A program made the position numbers and the translations under genes. The notes beneath the pieces are model-generated. The model was not told the origin of the DNA. It saw nothing but the letters and a program-made list of their open reading frames with translations, and ran no database searches. This document shows positions 9,824-19,738 of a stretch of 36,144 nt of DNA, piece after piece. Position 1 is the first letter of the stretch; each line of letters opens with the position of its first letter. Source of the DNA: an uncultured virus (IMG/VR IMGVR_UViG_2061766007_003009) (lineage: Duplodnaviria > Heunggongvirae > Uroviricota > Caudoviricetes); the IMG/VR virus record IMGVR_UViG_2061766007_003009; one strand, given 5' to 3'.

Positions 9824-10138
9824 TTATTCCACGTCCTTCTCGTCAATGCCCCATTCGCACCACGTACCCGAACTGTCCACGTTGATACTGGACGCCTTAA
9901 GGGCTTCGGCTAAGGTCATCCCCTCGGCGGGCTCCCCGTCGATTTCGTCGATGGCGTCGGTAATCTTGCCATCCTCGATGCCGTCGCAGGCTTTCAGGTA
10001 GTCCTCGATGTTGGCCGCGCAAGCCTTTTCCGCCTTACTCTTGGTGGAGAAGACTCCGATGATGGACATGCCGTCGTCGCCGTGCCTGTCCTCGAATCGG
10101 TAACTTGCGACCCATACCTTCTGTTTCTTGTTCGCCAT
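9824..10138 (-). CDS. Hypothetical acidic protein (MANKKQKVWV...IIGVFSTKSKA)
   Basis: GGAGG RBS, motif copy 10194. Confidence 0.75.
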   Translation of the reverse strand: MANKKQKVWVASYRFEDRHGDDGMSIIGVFSTKSKAEKACAANIEDYLKACDGIEDGKITDAIDEIDGEPAEGMTLAEALKASSINVDSSGTWCEWGIDEKDVE

Positions 10139-10217
10139 ATTAGCCTCCGTTTGTCTTGGTAGTGGTACTATGCCTCCCGGGAACCCCCGGGAGCATCCCC
10201 CATCCGTTCCCGGTGGG

Positions 10218-10541
10218 TTACTTGTCGAACTCCCCGTCCAGCAGGTTCGTTTCCTTCGCCTTCTCTTCCTGGTACTTTTCCAGGACGGTGTCCTCGATGT
10301 GCTCGCGGAGCCTGCGGGTGATGGGGAAGGACACGCTGCGCAGGTCATCGTCCGGGCTTTCCTGCGAGATGGGGAATCCCACGTACAGCCCGTTGAAACC
10401 GTCCATGATACGGAGGTCGCGAATGACCAACTGGTCGTTCAGCACAATCTTGGCGAGACCAAGACGCTTATTATTGTCCGCGTGGTCGAACGGGTAGACC
10501 TCGCAGTGGGTGACGGTAAGCAATTCGTATTCTTTATCCAT
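10218..10541 (-). CDS. spoVG: SpoVG-family nucleic-acid-binding protein
   Basis: LAKIVLNDQLVIRDLRIMDGFNGLYVGFP...FPITRRLREHIEDTVLEKY matches the SpoVG signature. Confidence 0.85.
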   Translation of the reverse strand: MDKEYELLTVTHCEVYPFDHADNNKRLGLAKIVLNDQLVIRDLRIMDGFNGLYVGFPISQESPDDDLRSVSFPITRRLREHIEDTVLEKYQEEKAKETNLLDGEFDK

Positions 10542-10618
10542 ATTAGCCTCTCTTGTTAGGTAAGCAATATATGCCTCCCGGGAACCCCCGGGAGCATCCC
10601 CCATCCGTCACCGGTGGG

Positions 10619-11769
10619 TTACATGTTGAGTTTCTTCTTGATGTCCTTGATGTCCTTGACAGTCGCCTTCATCTCGTCGGCAAGTTTGCCAACTCGGCCT
10701 TCAAGGACGCTCATGCGGTGCTTGAGGGTGTCCTCGGTTTCGGACTCGGCAGTCTCCTCGGGTTCATCGGTGGGTGTCCCGTGNNNNNNNNNNNNNGACC
10801 TCGGCATCGCCGCAGACCTGGGCATTGCCGTGGACATAGGCATCTTCGTAGACCATGGCCTCGCCGCCGATCTTGGCATCGTCGTAGACCTCGGCATCGT
10901 CGTAGACCTCGGCGCTGTCGTATACCTCGGCCTCTCCGTATACCCTGGCATTGCCGCTGACATAGGCATCGTCGTAGACCTTCGCATCGCTATATACGCA
11001 AGCCTCTTCATCTACCCAGGCGGCACCATCGTGAGAAAGGTTCTTTTCACTCTCAATCCAGCCGCCGAGGTCGCCTTTTTTGACTTCCCAACCTTCCGCG
11101 CTAGGGCGAGGGTCGGTAATCTTGCGTATGGCACGGATGCGGTGCAGTGTATGCCCGTCAACTTCCTTGGTCTCCCCGGTAAATTCATATTTTTTCCCCT
11201 CGGCTCCTTCTTCGCCGGAGGCCTTGCGCTCGAAATTCTCCACCCACTCGCGGATGGACTTGGCGGTGAGGCTAATCTCCACGCTATTGTCGTCAAAGTC
11301 CTCGTCGGGGCCGATGGTGTNNNNNNNNNNCTTGCGCTCGAAATTCTCCACCCACTCGCGGATGGCCTTGACGCTGAGGCTGATTTCTTCCTGGTTATAG
11401 TCAAAGTCATCGTAGGGACCGATGGTGTACACCCCGCTATTCGCCACGGTACGGATGCAGTAGTAGCCCNNNNNNNNNNNNGATGCAGTAGTAGCCAGCG
11501 TCCACCTCGAAAACGTAGGTGTAGCATATTTCGGCATCGTAGTCGGCTACTTTCAGCATGCTTTCTGCGTGGCGGACGTACTCTCTGTTCGGGAACGCTT
11601 CCATAACCATATAGGTCAAGGTTTCCGCAATCTTCTCCACGTCCTTCCAGATGCTGGATTTGGCGAGGGCACCGATGGCGTCCTTCAGGGCCTTCTTCGT
11701 GACCTTCTTCGGGGCCTTCTTGGTGGCCTTCTTGGCAGCCTTCTTGACGGTGCGCTTTTTCGTTTTCAT
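10619..11769 (-). CDS. Mosaic protein: Lys/Ala-rich N-terminus, unknown domain, hexapeptide-repeat domain, coiled-coil tail (joined across gaps)
   Basis: ATG 11769 MKTKKRTVKKAAKKATKKAPKK; KYEFTGETK..LHRIRAIRK..GGWIESEKNLSHDG plus VYDDAE repeats; ends DIKDIKKKLNM-TAA. No RBS or motif inside. Confidence 0.65.
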
Positions 11770-11851
11770 AGCAGTGTCTCCTTGTGTTGCTTGATATGCC
11801 TTATATCTCCCCGGTACCTGCTGGGAGCATCCCCCATCCGTTCCCGGTGGG

Positions 11852-13183
11852 CTACCTGGCCTTCGGGTAGTAGAGTTCGCCGTAGAAGTTCTGGCCGGCA
11901 TCGTCGAGGTCGATTGCAACCAGGTCGCCCTTCTTCGTAAGGGTGGTCTGCCGGGCCATCTCCTTGATGACGGCCCCGTTGGCTTCCGTGCAGCCTTTCG
12001 GGGTATCGTCATCCCAGGTAGTTCCCTTCGGTACGAGGAACAGGTTGTCATCGGCGAGGTCTACGGCGAGTTTAAGCCCGCATGCCTTCACGTGGTCGGT
12101 AAGGGCCTTGGCGAGTTCCTGGGCTTTCCCGATGTTCTCCGGGGTGAGCCCCTTCGGCAACCTGATGTCGTCCGCGATGTCGCCCAGGTCGCTACCTATG
12201 CAATCGCGGATTGCATCCTCGATGGTATCGTACCCGTCGTCGCCCCCGTACTGGACAATGTCGAAGTCATCCTTGTCAACCACGTAGCAAAGCCAGCAGT
12301 TCCCGTCACGGACGAGTTTGCAGGCGTATGACAGCCCTTCCGGCTGGACTACAATGCAGGTTTCCTCCTCTCCCGGGATGTCCCCTTCCTCGCGGTAGAC
12401 AATCTCGGGCACCTTCTTGCCTGCGGAAGAAAAATAATTTTTTACCTGTTTTGCCGTCTTGGCGGACTCGACCAGTTTGTTTTGCTCGGCCACTTCCCTG
12501 CTGACGAACTTCTCGNNNNNNNNNNNNNAACGAACTTCTCGGCGCCTTTAGGTATAAATTTCTTTACAATATCTTCCTTGTCGATTAGCCCGGCCTCGAC
12601 GTGGAAGCCATAGCCGGCGTAATCTGCATAGTTTGACCAACTGTCGTTCCAATAGAAGTCNNNNNNNNNNNNNNNNNNNNNNNNNNNNNNNNNNNNNNNN
12701 NNNNNNNNNNNNNNNNNNNNNNNNNNNNNNNNNNNNNNNNNNNNNNNNNNNNNNNNNNNNNNNNNNNNNNNNNNNNNNNNNNNNNNNNNNNNNNNNGCCT
12801 CGCCATGCCGCATAGAGTTGCCCGTAGTTGAAGTGCTGGCAACCGACCTGGTCCTTCGGGTCGAACCCCTTGGGGAAACCGGGGACCTTGTAGGGCTTGA
12901 ACCCGAGTTCCTTCGCCTGGGCGATAGAGGTAATCGGGGTAAGTTCAACTACTTTGTGGCAATCGTCCTTATCGAACGTGCAATGGAACCAGGTAGCATC
13001 GGTCTCAAGTGCCTTGTTGGCTGCATCAAGCGTCTCCGGTACAACTTCCTTATTACGATACGAAAGTTCCCCCTTTGCCCAGTCGCGAATGTTATCCACC
13101 ATGTTCCTGTGTACCACGCTGTTGCTCAAAATGGCATACGGGCGCATGTAGCGGTCGAGTTTTGTGTTCTGCTTCTTGCTCAT
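11852..13183 (-). CDS. Hypothetical protein (MSKKQNTKL...YYPKAR), joined across gaps
   Basis: EKFV is duplicated either side of gap 12516-12528, linking the 12548-13183 and 11852-12493 ORFs. Confidence 0.65.
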
Positions 13184-13257
13184 GATTGTCTCCTTGTTAC
13201 GATACGGGTATGCCTCCCGGTAACTACCGGGAGCATCCCCCATCCGTTCCCGGTGGG

Positions 13258-13695
13258 TTACCAGCGGACCCCGTTGTAGTGGAATCCGTCATCATCGGTG
13301 TGAATGTCGTGTACGATGGTTGCCTTCCTCATTCGGGCGACCTGGGCATCGAAGATGGCCCTGGTCTCCTCCCGGGAGAGCGCCCTGGCAGCCCTCTGCT
13401 CCTCGGTACCTATGTACTTGGGGTCCCTGTCGGGTGCCGCCGAGTACATGGGTCTTGGGTAGTTGTACTCGGTCTCGTACCTGCCCCACGACATGAGGTC
13501 GTTGTAGCAGTAGAGGCAGTTCACCATGCGCATGGCCTGGAGGGCATAGAGCCGGTGTATCTCCTGCGGTGTCTGGAGGTAGAAGTACGCGAAGTCGGCC
13601 TGCTGGTCGCGTGCCTGCGCACGGGCCTCGATTTCGTCCGTCTCCTTCTCTATCTCGGGGTCGGATAGACCCAGTCTGCCCAGTTCAAGTGCCAT
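13258..13695 (-). CDS. Hypothetical protein (MALELGRLG...)
   Basis: AAAGGAGAC RBS; stop abuts motif copy 13234. Confidence 0.8.
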   Translation of the reverse strand: MALELGRLGLSDPEIEKETDEIEARAQARDQQADFAYFYLQTPQEIHRLYALQAMRMVNCLYCYNDLMSWGRYETEYNYPRPMYSAAPDRDPKYIGTEEQRAARALSREETRAIFDAQVARMRKATIVHDIHTDDDGFHYNGVRW

Positions 13696-13797
13696 ATTGT
13701 CTCCTTTGTTATCTCGGATATGCCTCCCGGTAGCCCCGTGCATCATCCCCCATCCGTACCCGGTGGATACCGGGAGATGACCGGCGGNNNNNNNNNN

Positions 13798-14027
13798 ACT
13801 GGCCGGAACTTCCACGATGTCCTGCAAGTACCAACCTTCAGCAGCGATCTGGAAATCATTGCAGGTTGGACATGCCTTGTGGAACTGGGAAAGTGCCGCC
13901 TTCTCGAGGTCACCGGACGCGGCATGATTCAAATCATGCCAGTGCGGCTCGGTGTCGTCGGTGAACATTCCGTTCTCGTCCACCTGGCGGTCAAGGTCTA
14001 CGAGAAACCATACCAGGCCAATGCTGG
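13798..14027 (-). CDS. Gap-bounded fragment paralogous to the N-terminus of 15126-16467
   Basis: SIGLVWFLVDLDRQVD..MFTDDTEPHW..HAASGDLEKAA occurs in both copies with multiple substitutions. Confidence 0.55.
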
Positions 14028-14148
14028 NNNNNNNNNNNNNNNNNNNNNNNNNNNNNNNNNNNNNNNNNNNNNNNNNNNNNNNNNNNNNNNNNNNNNNNNN
14101 NNNNNNNNNNNNNNNNNNNNNNNNNNNNNAGGCAGGTGTGGGGTTTAA

Positions 14149-14706
14149 CTAGTCGATGAACACGGGTTCGATTTCCTCGTAGCCATCGGTCTTGCCCTTT
14201 CCGTTGGTAATCTCGATGGTGTCGTATGCCCAGGAGCCTACCAGGGGGTCATCGTGGTGGTAGTCGCCGCCGCCTCGGCCATTACCGATTGCGGTCAGGA
14301 CAGCCACCGGGAAGATACACCACCCGTCCTTGTCGGTGGAGGCCTCCTTGTACTTGCGAAGGTCGACGAACTGCTTCTTGTCGTGGTTGACGAGGTAGGC
14401 ATAGTTGTCGAGGGAGAAGTCCTCGGGGGCGGGTTCGAAGGCTTCGTTGTTCGCCATGTCGCCCCAGACAATGTCGTAGGAGAAGCCGAGCGCCGTGCAC
14501 TCCTCTTCCTCCGCGTAGTCGCCCACCCAGGCCACCTTCGTGGGCTTGTCCACGATTTGGTTGGCGAGGGCCTTGCAGATTCGGTTCTCCCACCAGGAAA
14601 ATTCCAGCAGTTTGGCCATGCAGTAGGAATCGTCGCCGAGCGTGGCCCGGTCATTGACGTGGAACTTGCCGTTGGACTTTGTAACAATCTTGTAGTATTG
14701 ACCCAT
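14149..14706 (-). CDS. Conserved phage/MGE hypothetical protein (MGQYY...GNGRGGGDY...VGSWA)
   Basis: 185 aa ORF with RBS; YLVNHDKKQFVD and GNGRGGGDY motifs. Confidence 0.85.
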   Translation of the reverse strand: MGQYYKIVTKSNGKFHVNDRATLGDDSYCMAKLLEFSWWENRICKALANQIVDKPTKVAWVGDYAEEEECTALGFSYDIVWGDMANNEAFEPAPEDFSLDNYAYLVNHDKKQFVDLRKYKEASTDKDGWCIFPVAVLTAIGNGRGGGDYHHDDPLVGSWAYDTIEITNGKGKTDGYEEIEPVFID

Positions 14707-14959
14707 GATGTGTCTCCTTTTGTTGTAATATGGGTATTCTCCCGGTATCTCCCGGGAGCATCCCCCATCCGTTCCCGGTGGGCTACCGGGGGATGCTCAC
14801 CCTTGCCACCCGGAGTTCACCGGAAGGTGCCGGGATAAGCATGGGCGCGGAAAAGAAAATATTTTTTGCCTTCGGCGGGCGGGGTATCGGCGGNNNNNNN
14901 NNNNNNNNNNNNNNNNNNNNNNNNNNNNNNNNNNNNNNNNNNNNNNNNNNNNNNNNNNN

Positions 14960-15113
14960 CGGATAGCCAGTCAGTCACTTCATCGTCATCCCAGTCCTTC
15001 GGTACGAGGACTTCCGTGGAGAGTTCCGGGATGTATTCCCCGTCAGTATCCCATTCGATATTGGTAATCTTCCTGTCGCACTTGAGTTCATGCGTGTTAG
15101 TCCTTTTAGCCAT
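14960..15113 (-). CDS. Small acidic protein (ITNIEWDTDGE), 3' end in gap
   Basis: GGAGG RBS immediately after the upstream stop. Confidence 0.65.
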
Positions 15114-15125
15114 GTTTGCCTCCGG

Positions 15126-16467
15126 TTACTTGCTCTTGGCCTTCGCGATGAAGGTGGTCTTGGGTTCGTAGGTGAGGGTGTAGACGAGAATCACGGTATC
15201 ATAGCCGCCGTTGTTGTGTTGGTTGAGTGCATACGTTGTGGTCTTGAGGTCGTGCAGGGTCTCCACGTTCTTGGAAATCCAGGTATTGACCTGTTCGTCG
15301 ATTGCCTGCTCTGTGGTGAACTCGCTGGTGTATTCTTCGATGTCGTCGTCGTCGNNNNNNNNNNTTCGTGGTAAGTTTCTTGCCCTTGGTGTTTTCCAGC
15401 CAGGCATGGTAGGGTGCGGACTTGTCATCCTTGGTGGGCTCATGGTACACCAGGTAGTAGCCGACGATTGAATCTACAATGTCTTGGTCAAGCACTTCGT
15501 CAGGGGATTCCGGGATATAGTCGTCCCATGCGGAACCGTCTCCGCCATCGTCAATGTCCATCTTGGCCCATTTATCGTGCGCCTTATTGAACACCTTGCG
15601 GTAATACTTCTTGCTCTTGACGGGTTCCTCCCCGGTTGCTTCCGGGGGAACGATGCCGTTTGCGATGTGGTTGGCGAGTTCTTCCTGGGTGAATCCACCC
15701 CCGGCGAGGGCATCGCCCTTGCCGTCAGGTGCGGAAAAAGAAAATTTCCCGTCTTTACACTGGATGGTCACCGGGATGCCCTTGTAGGTTCCTTTCCAGT
15801 TGAAGCCATCATACTGGTCTCCCCAGCGCTTCTCCACGGTGAATCCCGGTACGACCGGGTTAATAAAAAATTTTTCAATCTCGGGCTTGAGTTCGTCAAG
15901 GCTGGGCTGGTCCAGGTAGATAGAGGCGCCCCTTTTCGTATTGACGATTTCGGTAATCAGCACCTGGTGGTTCCATACCTCCATGTCGAACTCCTTGCCC
16001 TTGTAGTAGAAGGTGGTAATGGAGCCGATGTCGTTGTCGATTGCCATGTAGGACTCGGTCTTGGAGATGCTGCCCTTGTCCACACCGAGGTAGTCCTTCA
16101 GAACGGTGGCCATCATCTCGGCAATGGAATCCTCGGTCGGGTGGAGGTCGAACATGTCGGAGGCGGTGACTCGGGTATCCACCGTCTTGTGGCTGACCGG
16201 AACTTCCACGATGTCCTGTAAGCACCAACCTTCAGCAGAGGGCTGGAACTCATTGCAGGATGGGCATGCCTTGTGGAACTGGACACGTGCCGCCTTCTCG
16301 AGGTCACCGGACGCGGCATGGTAAGTCTCATACCAGTGCGGTTCGGTGTCGTCAGTGAACATACAGTCCTTGTCCACCTGGCGGTCAAGGTCTACGAGAA
16401 ACCATACCAGGCCAATGCTGGNNNNNNNNNNGTATGATACCTTGAACTGGAATGTCTTAATCTTCAT
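15126..16467 (-). CDS. Large multidomain acidic hypothetical protein, joined across gaps
   Basis: MKIKTFQFK start with RBS; continues after gap 15355-15364 as DDDDIEEY...KAKSK-TAA. Confidence 0.7.
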
Positions 16468-16543
16468 AATGTTGTCTCCTTTGTTATGATACGGGTATTC
16501 TCCCGGTAGGTACCGGGAGCATCCCCCATCCTGTCCCGGTGGG

Positions 16544-17589
16544 TTACTTGTTGCAGTTGATTGTCCAGGTCCTCACGGTCCCGGCGCCATCGTCGAACTC
16601 CCACAGGAAGGATTCCGGGTANNNNNNNNNNTCTCACGGTCCCGGCGCCATCGTCGAACTCCCACAGGAAGGATTCCGGGTANNNNNNNNNNCGATTCCT
16701 TGACGGCCTCCACGGCCTCCTTGAAGGTATTGCAGTCGTCATAGTCCATCGACGGACAGCCGGNNNNNNNNNNGGTCCAGTCCTCGTTGAGAGGGAAGTG
16801 GCTGTATGTGTCGGCCTCGGCCAGTTCCATGCCCCAGTCCTCGACAGATTCCTTGACGGCCTCCAGGGCCTCCTTGAAGGTATTGCAGTCGTCATAGTCC
16901 ATCGACGGACAGCCGGTTGCTGTTTCGATGATACCGAATGACTTGTATCCCTTCCCCATAATGGCGGGTGAGCCAGCAGAGTCTACCTTCTTTGGCTTGG
17001 CCTTCTTGGCAGTAGCCTTCTTGGCCTTCTTGGCAGTAGCCTTCTTGGCCTTCTTGGCAGGAGCCTTCTTGGCCTTCTTTGCCTTCTTTGCCTTCTTTTC
17101 TTTCTTGTGTTCAAAGTCCCCGAAGAACAGTTTTCTTCCTTCCGGGGTGTCGATGTCCACCGTAATGTACTTATCCTTCCCGGTGATTACCCGGTAGACA
17201 GGCTTCTTCTTGAAGGAAAAGGACTCATCGTAGTACACTTCCGTGTCATAGTCGGGGTCGGAATCTGCCTTCTCCTCATCCCACGGCTCGATGGGGTGCA
17301 GACATACCCATGCATTATGCTCGTCATGCTCCGGATAGTTCTCGAAGCAGGTGAATGCTTCAAACCGGGTATCTTCGTCGGTACCGACATATTCTTTCTC
17401 GGAAGTGTCAATGGGGCCACAACTGTCCGGCTTGTCTGTAACGTCAAGGAACAGGGGGGTATCGTCGAAAGGCTTGCCATCGTAGAACAACTCGAACTGG
17501 ACATAGTCTTCGCCTCTGGTAATGATGACTTCGGTACCCTCGATGATTTTCTTTGCTTTGGATACCCATTTGGGTCGTTTCGTTGCCAT
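16544..17589 (-). CDS. Acidic protein with internal histone-H1-like Lys/Ala tract
   Basis: MATKRPKW start with RBS; KKAKKAKKAKKAPAKKAKKATAKKAKKATAKK; ends TWTINCNK-TAA at motif copy 16520. Confidence 0.7.
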
Positions 17590-17665
17590 AATGCTGTCTC
17601 CTTTGTTATGATACGGGTATGCCTCCCGGTAGGTACCGGGAGCATCCCCCATCCTGACCCGGTGG

Positions 17666-18106
17666 TTAGCCGTAGATAGATGACCTCTGGTCAAGGTCGA
17701 TTTCGCCGAACTTCTTGATGAACTCCTTTGCCTTCTCGGTGAGTTGCTTGGGTACCCACACGTCAGCGTCGCATAGTTCCCAGTACCACTTGCGGGGTTC
17801 GAGGTCGTCGTAGCAGTCCCCGTCCCCTTCGAGGAAGGTATAGTACAGGACAATCCCGGTCTGCTCCGCGAACGTGTTGCGGAGACTGTCGTAGGCTTCT
17901 ACCAGTGCCTTCCAGCCAGCCTCGTCCGGGTCGATGTTGCCCCAGTTGTCACCGCCGAGGGTGTCATACACGTCCGAGTCGCCGAAGTCGGCGATGAAGG
18001 GCTTGATTCTGGAGAGGAACTGGTCCAGCAGGGGCTTGCCTACGACCTTCTTTACAAGTTCCTCGCTAATTACCTGGTGGTAGGATTCGATGTTTCCCAT
18101 TGACAT
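17666..18106 (-). CDS. Hypothetical acidic protein
   Basis: 146 aa ORF, RBS, stop abuts motif copy 17643. Confidence 0.8.
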   Translation of the reverse strand: MSMGNIESYHQVISEELVKKVVGKPLLDQFLSRIKPFIADFGDSDVYDTLGGDNWGNIDPDEAGWKALVEAYDSLRNTFAEQTGIVLYYTFLEGDGDCYDDLEPRKWYWELCDADVWVPKQLTEKAKEFIKKFGEIDLDQRSSIYG

Positions 18107-18195
18107 AGTTGTGTCTCCTTTGTTACGATACGGGTATGCCTCCCGGTATTACCCGGGAGCATCCCCCATCCGTTCCCGGTGGGTTACTACTCGCT

Positions 18196-18669
18196 TCACG
18201 GATTGTAGTCGATTGCGGTAATCTTCGGGGTCTTTGCAAGGAGTTTCTTCTTCTCCTTGTCGTCAGCCTCTCGCCATTCCCTCATGTCTATCGTAGTGAG
18301 GCCAGCAATCTTGCGACAGGTGTAGATGGTCTCGAGCCTGTCACGGATAAGCAGGTGGAAGTATCCCTTTTTCGCCTCGTATTCGTACCTGTACTGCTCC
18401 GGGAGGGACTCGAGTTCCTTCCGGGAGAATACGGCATATATGCGGAACGGCGGGATGGGGCAGTTCTTTCCACCGCATACGGCCTTCGTCTCTTGGCGGT
18501 CAGGGTCGCTGTCGCAGGTATAGTTGAGAGGGCACATGTTGCACCCGAACTGCACCTCACCGCAGGAGGGACATACTGAATTGGCAAACGGCGCATCGAA
18601 CTCGGTGTCACACCCGGAGCACCATTCGGTTCCGATGCCATCTTTGCCAAACATTCTTATTTTTTCCAT
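18196..18669 (-). CDS. Cys-rich (Zn-binding) hypothetical protein (MEKIRMFGK...)
   Basis: CSGC, CPSC, CNMC...C...C...C; start 8 bp after the upstream stop. Confidence 0.75.
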   Translation of the reverse strand: MEKIRMFGKDGIGTEWCSGCDTEFDAPFANSVCPSCGEVQFGCNMCPLNYTCDSDPDRQETKAVCGGKNCPIPPFRIYAVFSRKELESLPEQYRYEYEAKKGYFHLLIRDRLETIYTCRKIAGLTTIDMREWREADDKEKKKLLAKTPKITAIDYNP

Positions 18670-18676
18670 AGTCGGC

Positions 18677-18886
18677 TCACTTCCCGTTCTTGCGGATGTA
18701 CTTGATTGCGGTCTCGTCGTCGCCGAAGTCCAAGATGTTCCTGTACTCGTCGACCACCTTGAACAGGTCGCCTTCGGCAAGGGTCAGCGGTTCCTTGTCC
18801 TCGTCCTTCCAGAACCAGGCACGGAGTAAGAACCCCCCGCACCAGTCCGCGTTGAACTTTACGGTGACGCTATCCTTCTTGCCGTG
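18677..18886 (-). CDS. C-terminal fragment of hypothetical protein; start in gap
   Basis: Open frame HGKKDSVT...RKNGK-TGA. Confidence 0.55.
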   Translation of the reverse strand, partial: HGKKDSVTVKFNADWCGGFLLRAWFWKDEDKEPLTLAEGDLFKVVDEYRNILDFGDDETAIKYIRKNGK

Positions 18887-19738
18887 NNNNNNNNNNNNNN
18901 NNNNNNNNNNNNNNNNNNNNNNNNNNNNNNNNNNNNNNNNNNNNNNNNNNNNNNNNNNNNNNNNNNNNNNNNNNNNNNNNNNNNNNNNNNNNNNNNNNNN
19001 NNNNNNNNNNNNNNNNNNNNNNNNNNNNNNNNNNNNNNNNNNNNNNNNNNNNNNNNNNNNNNNNNNNNNNNNNNNNNNNNNNNNNNNNNNNNNNNNNNNN
19101 NNNNNNNNNNNNNNNNNNNNNNNNNNNNNNNNNNNNNNNNNNNNNNNNNNNNNNNNNNNNNNNNNNNNNNNNNNNNNNNNNNNNNNNNNNNNNNNNNNNN
19201 NNNNNNNNNNNNNNNNNNNNNNNNNNNNNNNNNNNNNNNNNNNNNNNNNNNNNNNNNNNNNNNNNNNNNNNNNNNNNNNNNNNNNNNNNNNNNNNNNNNN
19301 NNNNNNNNNNNNNNNNNNNNNNNNNNNNNNNNNNNNNNNNNNNNNNNNNNNNNNNNNNNNNNNNNNNNNNNNNNNNNNNNNNNNNNNNNNNNNNNNNNNN
19401 NNNNNNNNNNNNNNNNNNNNNNNNNNNNNNNNNNNNNNNNNNNNNNNNNNNNNNNNNNNNNNNNNNNNNNNNNNNNNNNNNNNNNNNNNNNNNNNNNNNN
19501 NNNNNNNNNNNNNNNNNNNNNNNNNNNNNNNNNNNNNNNNNNNNNNNNNNNNNNNNNNNNNNNNNNNNNNNNNNNNNNNNNNNNNNNNNNNNNNNNNNNN
19601 NNNNNNNNNNNNNNNNNNNNNNNNNNNNNNNNNNNNNNNNNNNNNNNNNNNNNNNNNNNNNNNNNNNNNNNNNNNNNNNNNNNNNNNNNNNNNNNNNNNN
19701 NNNNNNNNNNNNNNNNNNNNNNNNNNNNNNNNNNNNNN

